Source: Lama glama (lineage: Eukaryota). From it: a stretch of 64,000 nucleotides of DNA. Location of the stretch: contig CM052841.1 of the NCBI GenBank assembly GCA_028534125.1, positions 21,824,001-21,888,000 on the forward strand, given 5' to 3'. Position numbers and translations under genes: made by a program. The stretch's first letter is position 1, and each line of letters opens with the position of its first letter. The notes beneath the pieces are model-generated. The model did no database searches. It had not been told where the DNA came from and worked only from the letters and a program-made list of their open reading frames with translations. Positions 53,371-64,000 of this stretch are shown piece by piece.

Positions 53371-55475
53371 CTTTGGCTTTCTCTGGCTTCCAGTATAGTT
53401 TGTGACCTCGCAGAAGTGTAGTCCTATGTATTTAGTCCCTGCCATTGTGCAAGCTGCCCGACCCCTTCCCTAGTTGGGTTCCCTGTTGCTTGGCTCTCCC
53501 TTTCTTATTGTGACTTCTCATGAAGCTGCGAGAACTTCTTAGGATTCTATCTCCATCTTCTGAGGAGTGTAGTCAAGAGGGCTGGTGGCAATGCCTCCAT
53601 TTACTTTCTAGGCCCTTCAGTGAGACTGCTATTCCCAGCACTCTGGGAGAAGAATGGACACCAAATCCAAGAAGCACACTTTATGTTGTCTCAACAACTG
53701 TCTGACCCTGGTCAACTCAGACTGAGAAAGAAAAGCTTGTCCCCACTCCCCCTTTCTAGCAAGTATTCCAAACTAGATAGTCATTTTCCCTGAAAGAGAG
53801 AATCCTGTACTTTCCGAATTACCTATTGAGTGTCCTTCCTCTTCCTTTCATGTGGAGATTAGGGGTTGGATTTGGGGTTGCTGGTGTTGGGGTTATGGTA
53901 ATAGGTCAGTTCTGTCATCTCTTAGAAACCCTGCAAGTAGCTATCTGTTGCTGTCACCTGGCAGTGCAGGTCAGTGATAGGTTCCTTTAATAGGTGGTAG
54001 GGGAGGGCCTGGCTATTACTACTAGTTGTTTTCAACTTAGGTCTTAGCTGTAACTGGAATACAACCAATAAGTTATACCCAAATCCCAATATGCATTATT
54101 TTATATATACTTCTTTGCTTAGTGCAACACATAGTCTTTTCTTTAATTGAATAAGCTGGCTAGATCCCATTTCTGGTTTCATCCATTCTAGGGCTTGATG
54201 TTGCTGACTGAGTATTAGTGAAGTTTGTGCATATTTACTCCAAGCAAAGAGATGTTGCTTGGAGTTGGACTCAATGTCAACACTGAGAAGAGCTTTGAAT
54301 TTGAAAGTGAATCATTATACCTATGAATTCTGCAGAAATGTTGTTAGCAATTTCCAGGTAAAGCCCGTTAATGAGTTTTTTTCGTAGTGATGTGATTGAG
54401 AATGATCACCTCATCTGCCACACAGGTTGGGATCTGAAGTCACTTATAAAGACTGGTTCATCAGGCTGTTCAATACTTCTGTCAGTGTTGTATCCTAGCT
54501 AATCTTTTAGGAATCATTAATCTTTGTGGTTTTTTTGTTTTAAAGGAAAAGAATGGGAAAAGATGACCTACCGTATGCCCTTTTACCCATAAAAACGATG
54601 AGTTTTATTTTTGAAAAGAATACATTGATAAGCTGTGGAGCACATAGGAATGGAATAAAATGGGTTTAGTGTGTGAAAACTCCTATATTGAATGCCACTT
54701 GACGGAGAAAAATCATATAAAGCAGAGCATTTCTTACATAGCCTCTGGAATTTAAAAAATACTTAATGGCCAATATGTATTTGTTCCATGAATCGTAAGA
54801 TACAAGGTGTACAGAAATTCACTTTAGAAAGAGATTACCAGTGATTGGAAGATACACCTTTTGAAATAACTAGGAAAGAGAGGGAAAATGCCTGAATGGA
54901 ATAAGATGTCTTTTGAGCAAAAACCACCCTGACGTTAATGGTCTTATTGGGCATGCTTTTATAGGAACTTTGCTGTCCAAGTATCAGGGACAAGACAAGA
55001 ATGAAGTTTGTTCAACCTTCCTTTCAAGGCAGAATTGGTCTTTGCTATTGGGGGTTGTGAATAATTGTTATGACAGCTATACAGTAAGCTCACTATCAAA
55101 GGCAGGCCCATAGAAAGGATTGCCTTTCCATTTCACAACCTGTTTAGGGACTGCTTGTTTTCTTAATTCTCACATTTAAATGACTTGACCCATGTCTGAA
55201 TTAGTAGAACAGTCAAACCCTAGATCTGAATGTCTTAATGTGCTTGTCAGGAATTTTCAAAGTCAGCTCTCTAGACCACAGGTGGCCAGTGTGTCCTTCA
55301 AGAAATCCTAGGACTGGGCTTTTATACTATAAATCATACAGTACTGTGTTTCTGGTTTTCACTTTGATATGAATTTAGCTTTGTTAAGTGATTGAAAAAT
55401 ATGGTGTCCTCTTAAATGAAGTACTGTTCTTACACATTATGCTGGATTATGTGTATTCAGGTACAAACATGTCCA

Positions 55476-55477
<2 letters not shown>

Positions 55478-55515
<38 letters not shown>
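55478..55515. repeat. (TG)19 perfect microsatellite
   Basis: Read directly. Confidence 0.97.
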
Positions 55516-55516
<1 letters not shown>

Positions 55517-56609
55517 TGGATGCATTGTCATGTAGGTTACTGAAGCAACTGAAACGTTAGTCAGACTTAAAATTTCTGAGAGCCACTAGTTATAATGCAG
55601 ACATAGAATATACTTTTGACTGCTTTTTACCTGATACGGTGTCATGGTAGTACTAGTAAATATTAACAATTTACTATATGATACACTAAGTCATTTAATA
55701 TTCACCACGCTCCAAACGTGGGAGGTAACATAGACATATAAAATACATGCGCTGCTATTAGAGACTTGAAAATGTGTATATCCTCTTATTGTAAATGCTG
55801 GAACAATGCATGAGCATATGGAACATGAAGACCTACTTGTGTATAGAGAAATTTATTTTTTTTAATAGTGTAGATTGGGCCTTCAATTTTTCAAGTTCCT
55901 AGAAATACAATGAAAAGTGGACAGACCATCTGTTTCTTCCCTTCAGCTTGAAGTAATTCCCTATTACAGTTTTTGCTTTGAGCTCTGCTCTGTTCAGGTT
56001 AATCAGTGATGTTTCTGTTGGTATCACACTCTCCCGAAATTAACTTGACTGATCCTTATTAATCTTCTTTCAGACGCTTCCCATAGTTTGCAAATGGACA
56101 TCTGAATGTAGATACACTAAATGAAAGTATCTGAAATATTGCCACCTTCTTTGGATAATTACCTGGCTTGAAGCAGTGTTTGGGAATAGTGTACTTCTTT
56201 TGAAATGACTTTAAAAAAGAAAAGTTGGCTTGACATCCTAAGTTAACATTAGAAGTTTTGTTGTTGTTTTCTGGCTAATTTACAATTTGAATACTTTTAT
56301 ACTGCCTGTTTAAACAATTTCCTTTGGAATTTATTTGTCATTTCTTTTGTTTCACTTATCTTCTCTCACAAAAGTTGTGTTGTTTTCTTATATGTCCCTC
56401 TTTACAAGGCAGATATTCACATACTTTTATCTATGTCTACTTAGACCCAAAGTCTGTGACTCTTGACAAATATATTTAATGATCACATTTTTTGGTATTT
56501 ATTAGACATAAACACAGATGATACTCTATGAAAGAAATACTTTCTTGGTTCAAAACTATTTGGCTGCATACTTTCTACCAGATGGGCCCTACAACCCTTC
56601 CAGCTTCTC

Positions 56610-57040
56610 ACAGTTTTACCAAGCTGACCATCTCTGTTTCATGCTCCCACGTACTTTGCCACACTGTCCCCCTCACCCTGTCCCCAAACGAATGCACCTG
56701 AGAAGTGGTTACGCTTCACCCTGAATATACAAGCTGTCTAATATCCCTGCACCTTGATCAGACTCTTCTCCGTGTCTCAAAGGCTCTTAACTACATCCCT
56801 GGCTGTCAAAATTCTATGTATGCTGTTAGGCCTGGCCTCCCCAAACTTTGACAGAATTCATTGCTCACTCTGGTGTGCTCTCTTAGCAATTGATTCTTTC
56901 ACATATTTCTTTCTGGTCACATGCAAGTTACCACCGTTATATTGTAAGGTTTTTGAGGGACAGTTCTTGGAACCCTCAGGTGCTAAACAGTGTTTCATAC
57001 AGAGTCTGAGAATCAACCAATGTTTGTTAAATCGAACAGA
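56610..57040 (+). mobile_element. L2 3' remnant
   Basis: 'tattgtaaggtttttgagggacag...cagtgtttcatacagag...caaccaatgtttgttaaat'. Confidence 0.55.
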
Positions 57041-60000
57041 TAGTACTGAAACTTAATGTGTGTTAAATGTGGCTATAATTCTCTGCTTTATACAGATGCA
57101 TGTGGAGATACTTATATATGTATCTTCAGAAGATACATTCATTTAATTTTATCATGGACTGAATATTCAGAAGTGATTTGTGTAAAATAGAAGTAGAACA
57201 CTTCATTTGTCACCCTCTCCTTTTCATACCTCTCTTTTTTCCTTTATGTCTTCCTTTGAGTTAGTGTTCACCAAATCAAAATTTTTATTCCCTAACCTCT
57301 CAGAAGCTCCTTTACTGAGTTTACTGTTTTGGGTTCATCATAACTGCCAGTAACTAACATTCCTCATAGACTGTTGTGGACAATGTGGATTGATTTGTTT
57401 GGATGTCTCTTGACATCTTGGAGAGCATCTCTTTTGTTCATTACCTATTTTTGAAAAAATTGGATTTATAAAACATACACATTTCTGTCGATCATAACCT
57501 TGTTTCAGAGGGATGTAAGGTTAGTTTACAGAGGACTGTTCCCTATGACGAGATAAAATGTGATGGTAGAACAGAACATGGGAATGAGAAGCTGATGTCA
57601 GGAGTGAAGTTGGAGCACAAAGCCCGGGCTGTGGAATTCTATGCCTTTGTTAGAAGTAGACCAATTTTTAGCTCTGAATCTCCTAGCGACTCTGGAAATG
57701 AGAAAGAATAAATATGTGATGTGCATATGCAATGTCTGTAACATAAAAGCAAGTCTGCTTCCAAAAACATCATAACAATTCCAGAGACTGAAACCTGAGG
57801 GAGAAGATTTCTTACATAGTTCTTCAGAATGAGGACACTGTCATGTTGGAAAGAATATTCTCTGTATCATATGCATGTTTAATTCTCCGGAAGTTCGTAA
57901 AACAATTATTTATTAAAGTCCCTCAGTGTAACCTGGGAAATTATAACTAAAGATAGTTCAGGAAGACTTGTTCTCCAACAGACAAATGACAGAAAATAGT
58001 CCTGGTATCCTGGTCTCTGATTCTCTGGATAATCTGAGGATTGTCTGTAAATTATGTGGAGAAATGGATGAGATTGGATTATTTTGCCTTATTATCCACC
58101 ATCACTGTCTCTCTGCCAAGTTGTGATTGGTTTTGTCCTTCATTTTGAGGTTTAAATCTCTAGTAAGTATAGGTTAAAGCAAAACTATGTGCTTGGTTAA
58201 GTGAAGTTTCAGATTTTAACATTGATCTGTGTTAAGGCAGTGTTTGAACATCTTAGGAAAATCAAAGAGGATGGTAATGTGTCCTTGAGTAGGCAGCCAC
58301 CCTCTCTGTTGAAGTGAGCAGAGTGAGCAGCCGTAATTTCAGCTTGAGTTTGTATGAAGTATGTTAGATCTCATCTAAAATAGGATTAATGGACAATGAA
58401 GGAAACTACCAATCTATGTCATAAAGCATGGATATAATCATTTGAACCTGAAAAACAAGTAAGAAATTATAAGCAAAGTGTCCATCCCATTCAGTAAATT
58501 TGTAACAAAGGGCCTCTGTAAAACACCATTTGGACAAGTAACTGTGATCAATCAGTTGAAACATATGAACTTTGGTAACTGAATGAGGTAATGTCTATAC
58601 AGATCCAGTCACTGAAAACAGACTCTTCAGAGTATCAACCAAAAGGCATGACTTAGACTTCAGTTGATCTGCATAGCCATTTTCTTCTGAAAAATCACTC
58701 TGATAAAATCTGTTCTAACTGACTCTGTTCCGGCAGCTAGGATCATATATTTTATCAGCATAGTGTAGTCCCCTCAGAATTATCTCATGTTCTACAATTC
58801 ATAAATAATTCTAGTGAGAAATTTTCCATTTAATGCCTGCCTTTTGAAGAACAACCCAGAAGGAAACAGTTTTTCTCATTAGCACAGTAGGGATCCTGGA
58901 GTCCAGGTATCCCTGATGAACTCTGCCATGGGTTAAATAGAGTAACTAAAAGCTAAATGACCAGAAACATGTCACCATGTGTTTGAACAAACAGTAGGCT
59001 CCTTGACAGGGGTGGACTATAACTACGAAGACAAGTATTATCTTCCCTGCCAGAAAATGAATTCAAAATATGAAGAAAGAATTTATGTCTGGGAGAGAAA
59101 GAAAGGTGAGGATGGGCCAACCTTGTCTTAAATCCTCTGCCGTATTTTTTTTTCTCTCACAACCAAAGAGGGTTTTTTTCTCACACAACCAAAGCACATT
59201 TAAAAACTAGGACTGTACGTGCTAGAATGCTCTAAAATCTCTATCATATTAAAAACCTTTCAAGGAAATTGATATCACAGAAAGTTGTTTGTTTTGTTGT
59301 TGTTGCTGTTTCCCCTAGAATGTCACTCCACCATGTTTCAGGAAAGTAGCTAAGACTTACGTAAGGGTCACCAACGTTTGGCTTTATTGTGTGACTTAGC
59401 TGCTGATCTGCAGCAAAGTTGGTATGCTGTGCGCCAGTACGATCTCAGTAAATGGAGGGAAGTCTTGCAGCTTTCAAGTCCAAGTCACCAGCACCAGGGG
59501 CAGAGGCTATGATAGCCATTAGGAAAAAACTAAATGGAAAATGTCTTTTTTTTCCCCCTGAGTAAACGCTCTTGATTATATTTTATATTCTTGTGAGTTA
59601 ATTCCAGAAAAACAATAAAATTTGCCAATTTGATTATAATTTGCCTATGAAACTTGTCATGCACATTTCACAAAGCTGTATTATATATTCATCTTTTTAT
59701 CAATAAGCACTTAAATAGCACTGGTTGTTTTAGGGATCAGTGGCTGAAAAACATGTTCTCATTTCCTTTAGTAAATGCACACACATTATTTACTCAGCAA
59801 CCTCATAGTCATTATCACTAGGTAATTGAAGGAGCATTCATTTTGCAGTCAACATAAAAACCAGTCACGTGTGCTGTGTGGAGAACGGTGGGGGAGGTGT
59901 GCTTTCTATGCCAGTGAATTCAAGGCTGAGATAACTTTTTCACTTGTCAAGTTGCTGTCACTTTGTTAAAAAGAGGAGATTTTATGTTTTCTAAGTTTAT

Positions 60001-60814
60001 AACAATATGTCAATCTGTTGCAACTAAATGAAAATGAACAACTCTGGGTTGTTTTCAGAATGTAAGAAAAAGATTTATTGTATAGCTAGTCAGTATCTTG
60101 TCACTGGAAACTTGTGTCTGTTTAATTGATGTGTAGCATATTAAAATGCAGTGATTATGAGTTCTCTTTAAGGTGATTCTTAATGGCATGTCTTCGTAAG
60201 GGTACAATTCAAATTACTTTTCCGTTTTATTCAAAGGTCATTGACTGTCTTCTCTGGCTAGAGAGGAACTCCCCTGGTGTGTTCAGCTGTCTTCAGATTG
60301 CAGGGACTGAGATGTTGGTGGGGAAAATTGGTGCAAATCCATGCGTACCTCCATTGAATTCTAGACTGATGCCTGGCAACTCCTGGCACATTGATAGCGA
60401 GAGTGCTGAGCTTACATGTCCTTACACACAGTTCTTTCTTGCCTTCACCCTGAGACAAAGCACATAAGGAAGACACTGACTCAATATACCAGACCCTTCC
60501 ATCAATTCTTAAAGGTAAAGGTGGGTCAGTTTTCATATGCCAAATATCATTACTTTGTGCTTGGTGCTGTGCTCCACCCTGGGGTGCCTGTACAGGTGAA
60601 GAAGAGACAAGAGGTCATCCTCCAGGGATGTATGCTGTTAACATGGGTACCTCAGAAGTATGGCATTGCTCCCTAGGGGAGGATATGATGAGAATATATT
60701 ACACAAGTCCATCACATATTTTTAGAAAACCATACTTGATCATTCTTTCTCATTTTTCATCCTTAAAATATCATCAAGTCCAATAAAAACTACCCTTCAA
60801 ACTGTTTTCAACTC

Positions 60815-60912
60815 TCATAGTGTCTACATTTATCAAGTCACCATGATGTATACTTTAAGTATCTAGTAATTCCATCAGTTACACCTCAAGAAAACTGAAA
60901 TTAAAGAAAAAA
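60815..60912 (+). mobile_element. Short L1 3' terminus (L1MA9/Art-like) inserted in an L2 remnant spanning about 60730-61230
   Basis: 'tatcaagtcaccatgatgtatactttaagtatct...acacctcaagaaaactgaaattaaagaaaaaa', flanked by ttttcaact and tcttcaact (possible TSD). Confidence 0.7.
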
Positions 60913-62814
60913 TTCTTCAACTTTCTCCACTTGTCCCCTTCTCTTCTACCATTTCCCTGGTGCGTGTTTACCTTTATCCTGCTACTGGGGTATTACAGTA
61001 GTCTCAGACCTAAATGGCCTCCCTACATCTTTTTTTTTTTTTTTTGGTCCTGCCCCAATGCATATTTCACACTGCAGTTACCATGGAAATTTGTTGATAA
61101 GGAACATATCCTCCCACACATCAGCAGGCACTGGAGTGTCCCCTCATTCGTTTATACCTTGCAAACTATTACTTACCTTCTGGTTGCTTTTAGGAAAAAT
61201 ACCACAATCCTTTATGTATCAGATCAGCTTTGCCTGAAGCCCTTTTGCCAATTTGCTGAGTTTAACTCTTTATTGAAGAAAGATCAGCCTTTAGAATTTT
61301 ATATATGTAAGCCTGTTATCTCTTCTAGAAGCAAAGACTGGGATTTCATCCATATAATTCTGGTGGTGGTGATTTTGGCCATTCTCTTTTTGTAATTTTT
61401 CTTCGATCTGGTTATTTTCTAGATGTCTGACCTTCCATTGAGTAGCATTTTATTATTTTTGACATTTAAAAACTATTGAATAATCATATATCCTATGTTC
61501 ACCTGTAAATAAAATTTTGCTTTGTTTGGTAAGTTTATATAGAGACAAAAGGTCAAAAATTAGGGGAAAAAAAGAAACCATAGTCATATTTCTGTGGGCA
61601 GTTTCATAAATTGACAGCTTATGAGTCCATAGACTTAAAACTGACATACAGATATGGTTAGTTATTTTCAGTAATGCTTTGGCATTAAATTCAGGCTCAC
61701 TTTTGACATAGAAATAGAAATTGATTTGTATCATGGGAGAAACTTCCTCCACAGATATATAATACATCCTTGAAACATGTTCTGTTTTAACAACTTATTC
61801 ATGTGCTTTGTAGTTCTCATTCTTTATGGGAAACAGCATGTATATTTTCCACATGATACCCCCCCAAATAAAACTGCCGTTACGTCTGTTGCAGAATCTG
61901 TCTTCTCCCTTCAAATAAATATTTGCCTTTAAAACTGAGAAATGCTACTGAATAGAGTTAAATGGTGAAATGTTCTTCAGAAACATTATGTAGATATATC
62001 TGAATCACATTAGTTCTGTGCTTGCCTCTCTTGTCCCCATCCCTATAAATGATTAAAGACAGCATTGTTCTTTGTGTGTCAAGAGGGGAGAACTGTGAAA
62101 AGGTGGAGGGAAGGGAGAAGGTAGATTTCTGAAAAATTTCAAAGTCCCGCCTTAAGAAACAACACTTGGATTTCTGAAACAGTTCTGGATTTTGAGTCAA
62201 GTTGATGATGGTTTAGTTGGAAGGAAGCTCATCAAAAAGTTCATCTTCTATCTTAAACTTTCTCATTTGCTTGGGAAGAAAACTAATGAGGGATCTATCT
62301 ACTTCACTTTTTCACATCTCTAAGCAAAAATCCTAAGTGATTTTTTTTCCTTTAGAGTATTGATTTCTCTGCAATTTGTTTTTTCACGATCTTGAGCCTT
62401 ACTCTTGAATCATCACCAAATGTTGTTCAGTATTTCAGGTTGATAATTAAATATTTCTAGATCTGAATTTTATGAAAATTTACATATTTTTCCAATCTAA
62501 GTTTTTTGGTAGTATCATCATTGGTATAAAATTGATAACAGTTGGCATGTCATTTAGTTAATCTGTGTTCAAGAGTACCTCAAATGAAGTACGTATTTGG
62601 GGATATTTTTTAGATTTGGAACAAAAATGTCTGCAACATCCAGCTATCCAGAAGCTTTCAGAATAAATCCTGCATAACTGTCTTATTAATCAGATAATCT
62701 GAAGGTTAATAAAATCTCATTTAATAACAAAGTAATTACAATAATTTACTGATATGATCTTACAGTTTTGAAATACTCTCAATTGTATAAAAAAGTAGAA
62801 ACTAAAAAGTAACT

Positions 62815-64000
62815 TGTTTTCCTTAATTATTTGTTGAGTCAATTGCTGACATGATGCCTGTCACCCTTAAATACTTGCATTTTCTCCAGGCGGAGACATT
62901 CTGTGGTTACAGCCATCCGTAACTCTGTAGTCCTCAGACCCCGTTCACCTGAGATTACATTTCAGGATTGTTCCATTTGGATTTCATCATTTGTTCTTAT
63001 TCAAGTCTCTCTAAACATCTTTAAAGGCTCCACTTCAGAATTATACTTTGCCTTTAATTGTCAGTCTGGAAGAGTTCCTAATTCTTCCTTTGACATTTCT
63101 AATCCTGATAGCTTTGAAGACAACAGGATGTTATTTCATAAAATGTTCTTGTTGAGGGTTTTGCTCTTGTTTACTCACAATTGTATTTAGATTATGAATG
63201 TTTGGCAGTAACATTCATTCGTTCAGACTGTTGTGACAAAATATCAGAGTTTTGGGTGGCTTATGAACAACAGATATTACTCCAAGTTCTGGAGGTGAGA
63301 GGTCCAAAATCAAGGCACCAGCACTTTGTGTCCAGTAAGAGCCTGCTTCCTGGTTCATAAAGTGTCCTCTCTTCCTTGTGTCCTCACATGGAAGGAGCAA
63401 GGCATCTCTCTGAGGCCTCTTTGATAAGGGCGTTAATCTCATTCTCATGGGCTCTGTCCTCACACCTAATCGCCTCCCGAAGGCCCTGCCTCCAAATACC
63501 ATCATTTTAGGTGGTAGGATTAAACATAGGAATTTTGGAGGGACACAAATATTTAGTCAGTAGCAAGTATCATAGAAGTGATGCTATGTCATTTTCAACA
63601 CATGATTTTTATCATCCCCATCACTGATACTGTTAACTTTTGTATCTTGATCAAGGTTGTTTCTGTGAGCCTTGTCCATTACAGACTTACTCTTTCCCTT
63701 TATGTTTAATAAGTTTGTGGGACAGTTTACACTTTGAGAGTATGACAATATACCCACTATTGCTGTAACTTTTCGATTTATCTATTCTTTTATGTTAGTA
63801 TAGACTCATGTCATTTTTTTTAGTGTGTTGTAATTTGGTAATTTTTTTTAAAAAAATTGACATTCAGATTGTCACACATGTGGCTAATGAGAACCCTATC
63901 AAGCTTCTTTGTTCTTTGAACATGCTCCTGTCATTCTTTGAGTCATTTCATGCAGAACACATATTCCAGGTACATTTTGTACTTCCCTTGTCCCAGAGCT
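62815..64000 (-). mobile_element. L1MC4/5-type 3' region, interrupted by an MLT1A LTR
   Basis: 'gacatgatgcctgtcacccttaaatact...tttagattatgaatgtttggcagta' resumes after the LTR as 'tatcatagaagtgatgct...tgttaacttt...actttgagagtatg'. Confidence 0.75.
63212..63565 (-). mobile_element. ERVL-MaLR solo LTR (MLT1A/MLT1A0-like)
   Basis: 'gttctggaggtgagaggtccaaaatcaaggcaccagca...aaggccctgcctccaaataccatca...ggagggacacaaatatttagtcagtagca', flanked by AGTAA (63207-63211) and AGTAT (63566-63570) as a probable 5-bp TSD. Confidence 0.92.

Noticed and set aside
53380-54060. GC-richer stretch next to the MLT1 LTR, possibly LTR-internal sequence
   Set aside because: I could not match it to any consensus with confidence, so it is left unannotated.
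57508-57711. Open frame of about 67 codons after tttcag
   Set aside because: No similarity to a known protein and no supporting donor or downstream structure; the length is within chance expectation.
59488-59505. CTCF-like motif (gcaccaggggcag)
   Set aside because: One G short of the core consensus spacing.
760-63505. All ORFs in the supplied six-frame track (60-154 aa)
   Set aside because: No recognisable domain, composition typical of random AT-rich DNA, many start at TTG/GTG, and several lie in repeats (21380-21622 in MLT1D, 63215-63505 in MLT1A, 60931-61395 partly in L2).
1-64000. Novel multi-gene system, CRISPR array, prophage, NUMT, tRNA or rRNA
   Set aside because: No gene-dense region, regularly spaced repeat-spacer array, mitochondrial-like sequence or structural RNA was recognisable.

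Overview
This is mammalian (eutherian) genomic DNA: AT-rich, CpG-depleted, with no CpG island and no long ORF. It is most likely the interior of one or more long introns of a gene transcribed on the + strand. Support for that: an apparent T excess on + (judged by eye), most recognisable L1 fragments lie antisense, and the best splice-site pairs are on +. The repeats are ancient eutherian families (MIR, L2, L3/CR1, L1M, MLT1 LTRs, Tigger and hAT DNA transposons) plus cetartiodactyl-type L1 3' ends. No primate, rodent, ruminant, pig or carnivore SINE is recognisable, which points to a camelid genome (inference). The one fairly convincing exon is 44 nt at 4381-4424 (likely VVLSKRKQLLLEEK); I cannot name the host gene. 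None of the supplied ORFs looks like a real gene, and I see no tRNA, rRNA, CRISPR array or novel multi-gene system. The most interesting items are small: a candidate poison exon whose 5' splice site is locked in a hairpin, a candidate 12-nt microexon, two 5'-inverted L1 insertions, a tandemly duplicated AhR element and several motif-dense candidate enhancers. Repeat family names come from recalled consensus sequences and boundaries are approximate.
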